A stretch of 63,747 nucleotides of DNA, counting the filler, from Welwitschia mirabilis (lineage: Eukaryota): NCBI GenBank assembly GCA_051453625.1. It is 5 parts of one record of this genome, joined end to end, with 100 filler letters (N's around TTAATTAATTAA, not from the genome) between each part and the next. Parts side by side here need not be neighbours in the genome. Positions count along the whole stretch, not along the records: positions 1 to 30,708 come from JBOZIK010000001.1; positions 30,809 to 40,834 come from JBOZIK010000001.1; 3 more parts are not named here. The stretch is one strand, 5' to 3'. Below are positions 26,061-38,846 of the stretch, in pieces. Both the position numbers and the translations under genes were made by a program. The notes below the pieces were generated by a model. It had not been told where the DNA came from, made no database searches, and saw only the letters and a list, made by a program, of their open reading frames with translations. Every line of letters starts with the position of its first letter. Position 1 is the first letter of the stretch.

Positions 26061-27866
26061 AGAGTTATTATATTGTTTAATTTGTTTTTGATTTTTATTC
26101 CTACATGATAAGTACTTATGAACTTAGTTTACATTCTCCCTAGTTACTATTTATCTTGGACAATTTTGCCCACAATCAGGCTATGGTGTGTTGCCAAACT
26201 CTGTATATGTAATGGGGTATTATGACTTATTTTGCAGGACATTTATACAAGTTTAGATGTAATTTAGATGATTATAGAGAGTTGATGGGATGATGAGAGA
26301 AACATGAAATTCTTGATCTATGTCAAGGCATTTAAACATATTTTGATACTCAGGGCTTTAGATGAATATTAATGATACAACAGGATGATTTATCTTAAGC
26401 TGGAAACATAAGGAAGATCGTCATCCCAACTGTCATCTCCATAATACATAAGATGATAGCACTTTCTCAACTATTTGAATGCTGACATGAACTAGAGCTA
26501 GGAGCTAAAAAGGCCTCTCTCTTAATTGTCTCCATGACATGTAGGATGATAATTGATAACTCATCTATCATCATCCTTGGTGTCATTCCCATAACAGTTA
26601 AGACAACACTGAAATGATTAGCTAGCTTTCATTCATTTCATCCATTTCTTTCTCTTAATTGAGCATATATTTTAGTTCACTTTGAGTAATAGTTACACTT
26701 TCTTTGTTGTATAAAGAAACCTCTTCTTCAATCCTTTTCTCTTCTTTGATGCACTAAAAATTCTTGTAATAGGAGATTAAAGGATAGAAGATCCATCTTG
26801 AGTAGTTATAGAGAGATGTTTCCTTCATGTTGGGCTATGCATCTTTCATTTAGGTGTGGCTACTTTATAACTTAAATACTGGTTTTATAATATAAAATAT
26901 TTTTTTATTCATGGTATGACTACTTTATAATCTAAATATTGGTTTGATAATATAAAATATTTTTTATTCATTAATACTTTTTAGTATTCCTTATAGTTAT
27001 GTTGCTATTGATTCAGTGATAATTTCATTAATGATATAGGTCATAAGAATAACCTTTGTTAAGGTTTACAATTTTAGTGTAGGAGCATTTTGCATTATAT
27101 TCTATTTGCCTTACTTGATAGTTTAATTAAGTCTCAGTTAGTTATAGTTTCCCTCTCTAATTTAGATTATGTAGGTTCAATCTTCCTAATAAGTTGATTT
27201 AATAATCAAATAGGTATTCATCTAGATTAGGTTACGTTTGCATTATATTGTGTATTTATTTTTTTATATCATTATATTAGGTTTAATAGGATATAATATT
27301 TTCTTTAAAAATTAATTCTCCTTCTTATCTTGCATGCCTTCAACAGGTTTACGACATTTCAGTCACTCCATCTAGATTAGTGACCCATATTTGCAATATA
27401 TTTATTTGTAATTAATAGGATTTGATAACTGACAAAACATTACTAATTTACGTACCACNNNNNNNNNNNNNNNNNNNNNNNNNNNNNNNNNNNNNNNNNN
27501 NNNNNNNNNNNNNNNNNNNNNNNNNNNNNNNNNNNNNNNNNNNNNNNNNNNNNNNNNNAAACATTACTAATTTATGTACCACAAAAATATCTTATATTCT
27601 TTTTATTATACTTTTTTATTTAGTTTTTTAGTCTTTTAAGATACTTTCAATTGTTGGTATTAGTTCCTTTTAATGATAGTTGAACTAATACACTTTTTTT
27701 TTAGTGTTTTCTTTTATTTTGTAGTTTCTATTATTGGGTACTAATTCATTTTTTAATGATACTTGAAGTAGTTTATTTATAAGTTTTTTAAAGTTTGTAA
27801 TCTAATCTAAATAATTTTTATATTATATATTTTTTGGTTATAGTTATAAAAAATCTTCCATAGGTT

Positions 27867-30708
27867 TGTTGCGAAGCCAACTTAGATGTATTTAATAAGG
27901 TATTTTAAGCTATTTTGTAGATAAACTAATAGATAAATTCCTAGTTCCTATGACAATCAAGAATCCAGGAGCACAAAACGAAAAGATGCAGTTTATCAGA
28001 TAATTCATGAGCATTTCATATAGATATGGATAAATTGTATTTTCAGATGATTATCCTTGTAAACAATAAGATATTACACTGACAAAGGATGAATAGAAGA
28101 CTGTCATCCTCTATGTCATCCAGACAATAGTCAAGATGACAATCCTAATTAAGCATATGATAGAATTATTTCCAGATGACTTGTAGTTGAAGTGAAGATC
28201 GTATTATCAGATTCCATCGTCCACCTAATCATCCAGATGACATTAGTGGACGATATCTCTAGAATCAGTCGACAACAGTTTGCATGAAGACCATAAGTAG
28301 GAAACTGAAAGTGAAACAGATAACTCATTATAAATCCCTATCATTGCCTACATCGTTCGGAAAATCATAAGGACGACACTGTTGTCCCATAGTTTTACAA
28401 TATGTATTCTTGCGTTGTCACCTATTCTTTGCGACTTTCCCTTACATGTTAGCTAAAATTTCTACTTTACCGTTCTGTCAGTCTACTTTTCCTTTCTGTC
28501 TATAANNNNNNNNNNNNNNNNNNNNNNNNNNNNNNNNNNNNNNNNNNNNNNNNNNNNNNNNNNNNNNNNNNNNNNNNNNNNNNNNNNNNNNNNNNNNNNN
28601 NNNNNNNNNNNNNNNNNNNNNNNNNNNNNNNNNNNNNNNNNNNNNNNNNNNNNNNNNNNNNNNNNNNNNNNNNNNNNNNNNNNNNNNNNNNNNNNNNNNN
28701 NNNNNNNNNNNNNNNNNNNNNNNNNNNNNNNNNNNNNNNNNNNNNNNNNNNNNNNNNNNNNNNNNNNNNNNNNNNNNNNNNNNNNNNNNNNNNNNNNNNN
28801 NNNNNNNNNNNNNNNNNNNNNNNNNNNNNNNNNNNNNNNNNNNNNNNNNNNNNNNNNNNNNNNNNNNNNNNNNNNNNNNNNNNNNNNNNNNNNNNNNNNN
28901 NNNNNNNNNNNNNNNNNNNNNNNNNNNNNNNNNNNNNNNNNNNNNNNNNNNNNNNNNNNNNNNNNNNNNNNNNNNNNNNNNNNNNNNNNNNNNNNNNNNN
29001 NNNNNNNNNNNNNNNNNNNNNNNNNNNNNNNNNNNNNNNNNNNNNNNNNNNACATTGCACAAATATACATCATAACAAATTGGCATCATTGCTGAGGAAG
29101 GATGCTTGGAAATCGAGAGTTATTGTTGCTTCGGTGGATATTCTAGATGTTTACTGCAGCATCGGTATACCAGTACCCTATGTAAGTATTTTTATTTTAG
29201 TTTTTATTTTTCACTAATCACTGATGTCCCCGAAGTCGTCCAGATGTCACAGTTGGATGACAGATCCCTTTTCTGCTTTTACTCATTCTATTTTTTTCTG
29301 TGTTTTTTGTTTTTGTTGTCTCAGGTATCATCCAGATGACATATAGGATGACATACAAGATAGCACTGAAACTAAATGGTTAAGATCAGAAAAAGAGAAA
29401 AATTCCAGAGAGAGTAATAATTTATTGCAGAAAATATCCGAGAAGGTTTTCTTAATTTTGAATTTGAAAATCAAAATGCAAACTTTAGTATTTCTTGAAA
29501 ATTCTGATTGTAATTCTGCAAAAGAATCTGATTTTAATTTGGAAGAATTAAATACCGTGTCGATCTCTTATTAAAAACAACCTATCTCACCAAATCCTCC
29601 ACTTGTCATTGGAATTGTTACTTCTACTCCTCTTCAACCAAATACTCATATGACTCTGAGAGATCTCATAGCTAATAAATGACTTAAAATTTAAAACCCC
29701 TTTGNNNNNNNNNNNNNNNNNNNNNNNNNNNNNNNNNNNNNNNNNNNTTATCCTACCTTTAGAGGAGAACCTGATGAAGACCTTCTACAACACATCATTG
29801 AAATTGAGTAACTCATCCTTACATCTGGAAATGATAAGAAACGCATAACCGATAGAACTTACATAATCATCTTTCCATAACTTTGTAAAATAAACCTAAA
29901 ATTTGGCTTAAGACAATTCCTCATAAAAGCCTAAAATCTTAGAGCCAAGTTCAAGAGGCCTTTCTCAAAAGATTTATAAATGAAACCACCGTCTAGAAAC
30001 ATAAGAAAGAAGTTATAAACTTCTAATAACTACCTAACGAAGAATATGCTTCTGCTTATGAGAGATTCATCGTAGCTTTATACTCAAACCTAGTAGATGT
30101 CATTTCTATGGTAGAATTAATAAATTATTTCTATAGTGGTTTAAACAGTCACATAAAATAGCTCATAGATTTCTCTTGTGAAGGCAACCTCTTAAACCAA
30201 ACTCTAGAATATGCTTAGAAGATACTAGAAGACTTAGTTGAAGTAAGTCAAACCTGGCCAAAAACCTCATCTCAAGAAAATAGAGTAGTAGGCCAAATCA
30301 TAAAAGACCTCAAAGAAAGCAAACATAAGAAAACTGAAACCAAAAGAGAAAATGAACCAGCTAGCATCATTAAGGACTTTACATCTACTTTAGAAAAATA
30401 CACTCAGATGATCTTAGATGCTAAAGTGGTCACTGAGAGAAGTCAAATTATTAGTTACCACTGAGATAAGTAAACTTATTGGTCCAACTTATGATCTATA
30501 TGAAGATAGTTATCACATCACAAAAGAGTGTCCTTTACTTCCTACATGCAAAGAGAGAATTTATGAAAAAGTATGTGCATTGAACCAAGGACCCTCCAAC
30601 TACAATCAAAACTATAATCAAAGACAAGTCTCAAATCACAACTTTCAAAATAGGATGAATGAACAACCTAGAAATTTTCAATCACATTATCCTAACTCCC
30701 AACCCTAT
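27867..30708 (+). mobile_element. Athila-like element D: 5' LTR (27867-29077), PBS and gag; truncated at a scaffold join
   Basis: LTR TGTTGCGA...CATAACA, PBS TGGCATCATTGCTGAGGA at 29081, followed by gag homology. Confidence 0.85.
29640..30708 (+). pseudogene. Athila-type gag remnant
   Basis: PTFRGEPDEDLLQHIIEIE (cf. LPxFxGxxxEDPxxHLxEF), IFP..NKPKIWL (cf. LFPFSLKDKAKxWL), AYERF, YFYSGL, a degenerate knuckle ending HITKECP, and an N/Q-rich tail. Multiple stops. Confidence 0.85.
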
Positions 30709-30752
30709 NNNNNNNNNNNNNNNNNNNNNNNNNNNNNNNNNNNNNNNNNNNN

Positions 30753-30764
30753 TTAATTAATTAA
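30753..30764. other. Artificial scaffold linker TTAATTAATTAA (also 40879-40890, 51707-51718, 61092-61103)
   Basis: Identical 12-mer centred in N-runs four times; it supplies stop codons in all six frames. Confidence 0.9.
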
Positions 30765-30808
30765 NNNNNNNNNNNNNNNNNNNNNNNNNNNNNNNNNNNN
30801 NNNNNNNN

Positions 30809-30893
30809 ATAGAAACTGAGCATTTATCTGTTAGTTTATCTGCAAAACAACTCAAAATACACTATCAAATATACTTAAGTTGGCATTGAAATA
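30809..30893 (-). mobile_element. 5' terminus of a D-type Athila LTR in inverted orientation
   Basis: Reverse complement aligns with 27867-27950 (catttatctgttagtttatctgcaaaa...aagttggc). Confidence 0.7.
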
Positions 30894-30982
30894 GTTACTT
30901 ATTACATTAGTAGGTTAAAATGTATATTATATTATTGTGTTTTAGGTATAGGATGTTATTTGGTATGAAGATTAAAGAGAAG

Positions 30983-33900
30983 GTTAAGTATGTGAATTTC
31001 TAGGATTTTGACGGAGTATTTTAAGTACTTTTACAAACATTTACATAAGTTTAAATGAAATTATAATTATTTTGAAGAGTTCATGGGATAATTATGAACA
31101 CATGCAATTCTTGGCATATGTAGAAGTATTTCAGGAATATTCTGATGCTTCATGTTATGGAGGAATATTATTAATAAAGAAGACTAATTTTATTTAGCTA
31201 GAGATCTTTTGAAGGGTATCATTTTCATAGTCATTCCCACTATCATCTCCATAACATTTAAAATGATAGAACTTGAGTAGCTAATTATGACAATGATGTG
31301 AACTACAACTAAGAGCCAATAAGCCCTTTTTTGAAAGGAAGTGTAATTTCCATTATCATCCCCATTAGATGTAGGACAAAAACAACTTTGGAACCAACTA
31401 TGGAGCTGATTATAAAGCTAGAAGATAATGACTTATCTATTATTATGGGGAATCTTCCCTAGTGTCATTCCCATAATAGTAAGGATGACAATTATTTTGT
31501 ATAAACTAAATTAAATTGTCTTGTAATGGGATCATGTACCTCATCTACGCTACTAGAGTTTCTTCTCTGACTTACAGGGTCATGGTTCTAGAACATTTAA
31601 TGTTAAAATATAAATACCCATCTTATCCTTGCTTATAATTAATATTTTATATCCGATATTATTGTGATGGAAGATTTAAGGACAAGAGGTTCATTCATTA
31701 ACTACAAAGAGAAGATTTCCTTCATGTTGAATGATGTGTTCTCCATTGAGGTGCTACTACTTTGTTTGTAAGTGAATGTTAATTCATGATTAATATAAGA
31801 ATTCTCTTTTTACTTATATTTTGTAAATATCCCTTATGATTTGCATTGGTTATAATTCAATGAGAGCTTCACAATTGATGTAGCTCATGAGGGTAACCTT
31901 TGTTGAGATTAACATTATTAGTTTATATTTGCATTCATTTCATATCACATTTCCATAATTGAATATTTTTTTTTATCTATCTTATAGATTATATTGATTA
32001 GGGATAAGTGATACTTTTCTTAATTGATATAAGGACTAATATTGGTAATAGAAAGATTGGTAGCAAAATGGATTCATCATTTATTGTATTTGCATCTCAT
32101 TAGAATTCATCTTGCATTGACTTTTTATTATTCTTTATTTTCATTTACTAAAGAAAAAAAGAGTAAAAATACTTTATGAAATCAATTCTCTAACTTCTAT
32201 CCTAGTGCCTTCAATGGATTATAACACTCTAGTTGATTGTTGTTTATAATAGTATATATTTTTCTATAAGTAATTGTGATTTACAGGTTTTTCCTAAGGA
32301 CTTAAAGATTGCATAAATTCACATCATAATCTTTGGATGCCATTACTAGGAAAGGATGCATGAAGCTAGAGGATTATCACTATCTAGATACATACCTTAG
32401 ATCTTAATTTGAATTATTGATTTGAAGTAGTGCTATATTTTTATTATAGTTTAGTAGGTTTATTTCTATAAATTTTTTTTTTTCATAGCATTAATAAGTC
32501 TTGTTGTCTCCTTTGTCATCCCTATGATACTTAGAATGATAGCCCATGTCTTAGATTTTTAGATTTATTTTTTTTCAATATTTTTTCAAGTTTTAGATTT
32601 CTAGTTTTCATAGCATAATAATATGTCATCTCAACTATTGTCCCCATGATACATAGGACAATAGTTATCACTTTTACTTTCTATAATTCATTCTTTTTAT
32701 TTTTGCAATTTTTTTTTGTAGTCATTCTGTTACTCATTCTCATGATGATTTAAATTATAGCCATTATGCATATTTTAAGTGTATATAATCCAAAAAATCT
32801 AATAAAAAGATGAAACATGCAAAACAAAAAAAAAAGGAACTTGATCTTCACTATATAATTCTCTTCCTTATCATCTCGATTGTATTCTATTATTTCATCC
32901 TTCTTAATTACTTGAATGAATAGTGATAAAAGGAGAAAATTCTTTTTGAAAGAAGGAGAAAGTTGAGAAATATTAAGGATAATAGTAAGAAAAAACTTTG
33001 ATAAGTTTTTGTAGAAAGAGGAAGGACAAGACAAAGTGATGTTGAGAGTAGGAATTGGACTTGTTTTTCTTTTTAACCTTATTATTCTTTTCCCTCTTCT
33101 TTTCAAAGTTTATATAGAAATTATGATGAAATTTTTCAACATTTTAGGGATTCCACCTCATTTAGAAAAACATTCTAGAATTATTTTTGTTAATCCCAAC
33201 CATCTCCAATGAACTACTATGAGGAACAAAATGATTTAATGAAAGAAATAATTAACAAAATGTGAAAGAGCCAAGAAAATTCCAACCAAACCCTAGAAAT
33301 TTTTTTTGAGATCTTTTAATAGATATGAATACAAAATCAAGGTTGTTTTACAATTTGATAATCTCAAAGATATTCTTATATATTATACCTTAAGAAAAAT
33401 TTGGAGAAATTAGAAATAATTGAAAATAATTCTTACTTTCAAATAGAGAATGAAATGTTAGATTAAACTTCAATGTCTTATTGATTACGAGATGAGAAAA
33501 TGGGAGATAACAATAACTTAACTTTAATCTTTCAACAATAAGGATGAGGATTACTATTTATTATATGATAATATTTAGGTATTAGATTATATCCCTACCA
33601 TCCATTTACAACTAGATAATCTAGACGAAGAATCCATCATAAAGAATGTAAAAATTATTTAATCAATGATGAAGATTATGCTCATATTTCTCTTGATAAT
33701 AATTTCAATGAATCTAATAACCTAGAGAATAAAAGCAATATTCAACAAAAAAAGGAAGATATAGTCATAAATAATGATGAGAAAAGTGAAAAATAACCCA
33801 ATAAAATAATGATAAAGATAATAATAAAGAAACTTATCATAATGAAGGATCCATAGAGATTTATTTAAACTTCATAGAGGATAGACTTGTTCATTCTACC

Positions 33901-36900
33901 CATACTTCTATGTCCTTTGCAGCTATGCCTTCATGTACAAATTCAAATCATATCCTTCCTTTTACTTGTAATTCCACTTCCACATTACCTTATGATCTTC
34001 ATAATGATAACCTTTTTTCATCTCTTTTACTTAAACCTTTATGTAATTCTTAAAGCTATGTTCCCTTTCTTGACTTTTATAAAACTCATAATTTTAAAGA
34101 TTTTATTCCTCTTATTTGTTAATCTTGTTCTTTTAAAAATCCATGTAATACACAAAGTGACATCCTTCCATTTTCTACATAGTTCACTTCACCTTCTATT
34201 TTTAATGGTTATTATTTTTAAAAGTTTTACTTGGAATATCTTAAAATTTTAAATTGGGATAAACCTTATTTCTTGTTGGTAATCCATGCTTATAGTTAAA
34301 TCTAAAGGAGCTTTTTAATCTTATTAAACATTGTAAAACATCCTTAAACACTTCATGAATCCATTCATTAAGTATTACTTTAAATGAATTATATAATGAT
34401 TCTCATAACTTATCATGTTTTAATAAGAGATTATTTGTTAATGGAATCCATCACTTTCTTATCTCTTTCTTGAATTACAATATCTGTATTATCAAAGTTT
34501 TATCTTTATACTATCTCTTCCTCTAATTAATTTTAGTCTAAAATGATTATATATATTTTATGTTTTATCAATCGGTTTTTATTTTGTATGATCCTCATTT
34601 TTCTAAAATGTATAATACTTAAGTACAACATTCACACAAATAGTTAAACCTCTCAATGGTTAAGTTCTTATCTTTTAGAAAACATACATCTTAAATGGCT
34701 TAGTTAAAATCTCCAACTTGAACACTTAGGAAATTTAGAAGTTAATGAAGAAAGGTTACAAATATTAAGATATCTACTAATTAAATCTTGAATATTATAG
34801 AAGAACTTATCTTGGATTTCCTTCCTGATATTATCTAAATTCTTAATTATTTAATTCTTTCGGTAAATGTCATGCTATCACATGAATATTTTTAACTTGA
34901 TGAATGTTTTATGTTATAAAGTTGTCATGACTAGTAAATATTTTACCTAGGTATTATAAAGTGATAAGATTGGATTCACCTAATCTTAAGACATTCATAC
35001 ATCTATGAACTTTATTTTAAAGAAAGATTTCTTGATTCTATTTATTCTCTCTCAATGATGTAAGTCTTTAGCCATATGTGTGTTGTTTCTTGTGTTTCAT
35101 CTCCCTACTTCATCCTTATTCTTAAGAGTACTTGATCATGTGAAATTTATTCTTTTTACATAAAAAAAAATAGATATTAAAAAATAAAAGAAAAAAATAA
35201 ATATTAACCATGATCTTAAGTGTGTAAGATACAAACATGATCACCATGATGTCCTACTATAAGTTCACTAGGGTAAATTTTCTTGAGGGGGGACTTTGGC
35301 AGTGTGATATGGTAGCTATGAGAACTTCACTGGGGGATTAGTTGGTTATGACATATGAATTTTTACTTCTTTAATAGTGATTACACTCCCCTACCATGGG
35401 AAAATAAGTTTTACTTAGAGGCTATAGGATCAGTGACGAGCCTAGTGTCATCAGAGGAATTACTTATTTTCTAAAATTATTTTTCCTATAGTAATTTCAC
35501 ATGATTATTTTACTCTTTTTGGATTTTGCTGTTGTTTTATGGTATGATGAGATGAGTTCATTTTTGAGTAAGTTTTGATCTTATCACTCCTTATATGAAA
35601 ACATTACATATACTTAATCTCACCTTAATCGTTACCTATTTGAGTAGTAACTTATGAGTTTTTTATATTATGTCATGCATTATTATTAGATGACTTTATG
35701 ATTTCAACCAAGGAAATTTGCTAGGTTGGAATTTTGAATAGCTAAACAATCTTCTTAATGTTCCTAATTATCTATTTTCATTATTTTTTTCTTAGTTATT
35801 GGTTTGGATTTTTCAAAGTAATTTCTATATCTTTTTTCATATAATACTTGGGATTTGATCATTTAGTAGTCTTCTAGTTATCTTTTCAATTTTACTTGTA
35901 GTTTTTATTCATGAGGGTTATTTTTCTTTTGATAATTTAATTGATTCATTCCTTTAACTTTGATTGATGTGTTCCTTTTGCTTTAATTGACATATTTCTT
36001 TCATTTTATGCTGATGTCTTTTTTTCATTTCTTTGCTTTTAAGTTTGCATAGGTCCACTTACAAAATTTTTAATTCTTATTAAGTTTAAAGCATGTTTGA
36101 GAATTTTCTTTAGCATTAATATTATTTCTTTAATGCCTTATCATGACCTAATTCTTTTTTAATGCCTTGAGCCTTTCCTATGTTTGACTTCTTTACCATG
36201 ATTCCTTGAATGATGATTTTTAGATTTGACCCATCTTTCAAAATTTATAATCACTTTGTGAGTTTTCACAGTTTATATTTTTGATTATCTATTGCTACCA
36301 TGACTTCACTATTTTTCTAAATCCTTCATCTTTTTTTTAGTTTTGTTCCAAGTATGTCATTTGTATGACTAGGTGGATAATAGATCTCCTCATAGTTTAT
36401 TGTAATATGGAATGTATTGATTCTTTTATTTGGGGATAGGACTAATTTCTATGAAATATTGAAGATATTTAATTTTAGGTTTTAGTGATACATCAGTATA
36501 TATTATTTCATATTAATTCTATGATATGTATTATGAACATTATTTAGTAGGCCATAGTAGCATAGTTATAGAACATTCTTGCAATGTGATCCAAGATACT
36601 CAAGTGAACATGAATAAGGAAGTAATATTTGATTATCTTTTTTTGAGTTTTTTTTCTTATAGATTGTATTTAAAACTCATGAATGGATTTGTACAAATCA
36701 TTTTGAGTTACCACTGCTTAGTTTATATATATCATTTTTAGTATTACTATCTTTGATTATACATACACATCACCATTTTCTAAAGATATCATTGTTACAT
36801 CTTATGATGATTAATTGTTATATAGCAATATGTTAACAGTTTTAAGTAAAAGGCTAATAAAGAATNNNNNNNNNNNNNNNNNNNNNNNNNNNNNNNNNNN

Positions 36901-38633
36901 NNNNNNNNNNNNNNNNNNNNNNNNNNNNNNNNNNNNNNNNNNNNNNNNNNNNNNNNNNNNNNNNNGTTTTAAGTAAAAGGCTAATAAAGATTTCAATACT
37001 TGTATTTTTCTTATGATCATATTTGTAGGCATCAAACCTTTATTCTAATTTTCCAAGCTTATCATCCCCATTGCCATCCAGATGACAAAGAGGATGACAT
37101 ATCTATTATGCATCCTACAGAGGTATTATATTAGTTAATTAGTTTTTGATATTTGATTCTACATGGTAAATATTTTTAAATTTAATTTATAGTTTTATAG
37201 TTACTTTTTATCTTGATCAAATTGGATCACACTATTGTTTATTGCATACTTTATTGGGAACTAACAAGGATAAGTAGAATGCTATCTTGTAATGTTAATT
37301 TGTAAGATTTTGATGGGGTATTCTAAGTATTTTTATAGGACATTTATACATGTTTAGATGTAATTGTAATGATTATAAAGACTTAATGCAATCATCACAA
37401 AAAGACATAATTCTTGGCATATTTGGAGGCATTTCAGGCATATTCTGATACTTAGTGTTATGAAAAAAGATTAATGATAAAGGAGGCTAATTTCATTTAG
37501 CTAGAGAGCTTTTTAAGGCTGTCATTTCCACTGTCATTCCCATTGTCATCTCCATGATATTTAGAATGAAATTACCTTGTATCTAATTGTGATAGCAACG
37601 TTGACTGGAGCTAGAAGCCAATAAGACCCCTTTTCTAAGGAAGTGTCATCTCCATTATTATCCCCATGACATATAAAATGATGACATACAAAGCTAACTA
37701 CATGATTGATTGTTGATCTAGAAGATAATTAATTATTCATTATTATGGGGCATTGTCCTCTATCTCATCTTTATAACACTCAGGACAATAACTATTTTGT
37801 ATAGATGAAATTTAAATTTCTTGTAATGGGATCATAAACCTCATTTGGGCTACTAGGATTTCTTTTCTTATTTCTAGAGTTATGATTTCAAAACCTTCAA
37901 TGTAAAACTATAAATACCCAACTTGTCCTCACTCCCAATTGATCTTTTGTATTAATATTTTTATAACAAAACATTAAAGAATAAGAAGTTCATCCATTAG
38001 CTATAGAGAGAAGATTTCCTTAGTGTTGGTTTGTATATCCTTTATTGAGATATTGCTACTTTATTTATAAGTGGATGTTAATTCATAATTAATATAAGAA
38101 CTCTCTTTTACTTCTATTGTATAAATATTCCTCATGGTTTACATTGGTTATAATTTGATGACAGCTTCATAGTTGATATAAATCATGAGGACGAGCTTTC
38201 TTAATGTTGACATTATTAGTTTAAATTTTCATTCATTTTATATTACATTTTTATAATTACATATTTTATTTAATTTATCATATAGCTTAGTTAGTTAGGG
38301 TTAAGTAATAGTTTCTTTAATTAATTTAAGTTATAAGAACTAATCTTGGTAATAGAAAAATTAATAGTCAAATAGATTCATCATTTATTGCATTTTCATT
38401 CAATCATCATTCATCTTGCATTGCATTTATGTTGTTCTTTATTTTCATTCACTAAAGGAAAAAGATTAAAAATACTTTGTAAAATTAATTCTTTAACTTT
38501 GAGCCTAGAACCTTTAATAGATTATGACATTTAGATTGACTCTCATCTATACTATTATGTGTTTTTCTATAAGTAATGTAATTTAAATGTTTTTCCTAAT
38601 GATTTAGATATTAGACAAATTAAAATTACAATT
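30983..38633 (+). mobile_element. Athila-like non-autonomous LTR element C (LTRs ~30983-32330 and ~37285-38633)
   Basis: Paired homologous LTRs of the B type, degenerate PBS TGGATGCCATTACTAGGAA at ~32334, a ~5-kb interior collinear with A and B, and no pol motifs. Confidence 0.85.
33120..34480 (+). pseudogene. Eroded internal ORF of element C
   Basis: Third homologue of the A and B ORF (NYYEEQNDLMKEIINKM...SQENSNQTLE...KKEDIVINNDEKSE). Confidence 0.55.
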
Positions 38634-38846
38634 GGATTTCCTTAAATAAATTAAATCATATAAGAAATATTAAAATCTTTTCTAAATTTTAAAAATAGAA
38701 AAATTTTGAACATTACTTATTTTAAAAGATAAACTTAATGAGCTATTTTATGCTTCTTTTAGATGCTCTTAAACTTGTGAAAGATAAAATTAAAATGTGA
38801 TAATGGATTTAATAGAGGTGGATTTATTTAAATAAATTACTCATAT

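Larger units (their letters stand above)
11730..27586 (+). mobile_element. Athila-like non-autonomous LTR element A (LTRs ~11730-12959 and ~26184-27586), containing nested element B
   Basis: The two LTRs are collinear homologues (e.g. agatccatcttgagtagtt, gggctatgcatc, aacctttgttaag). PBS TGGCACTGTTACTAGGGA at 12963 is a deaminated Athila TGGCGCCGTTGCCGGGGA. No RT or integrase motifs in the interior. Confidence 0.8.

Noticed and set aside
27437-27586. Short direct repeats on both sides of gaps (also 36839-36990 and 49468-50358)
   Set aside because: Most likely unmerged contig overlaps or collapsed repeats.
35420-35460. Minus-strand CTGATGA in the Athila interior as a hammerhead ribozyme (retrozyme) core
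   Set aside because: No correctly placed GAAA or closing stems, and the motif is not kept in copies A and B.
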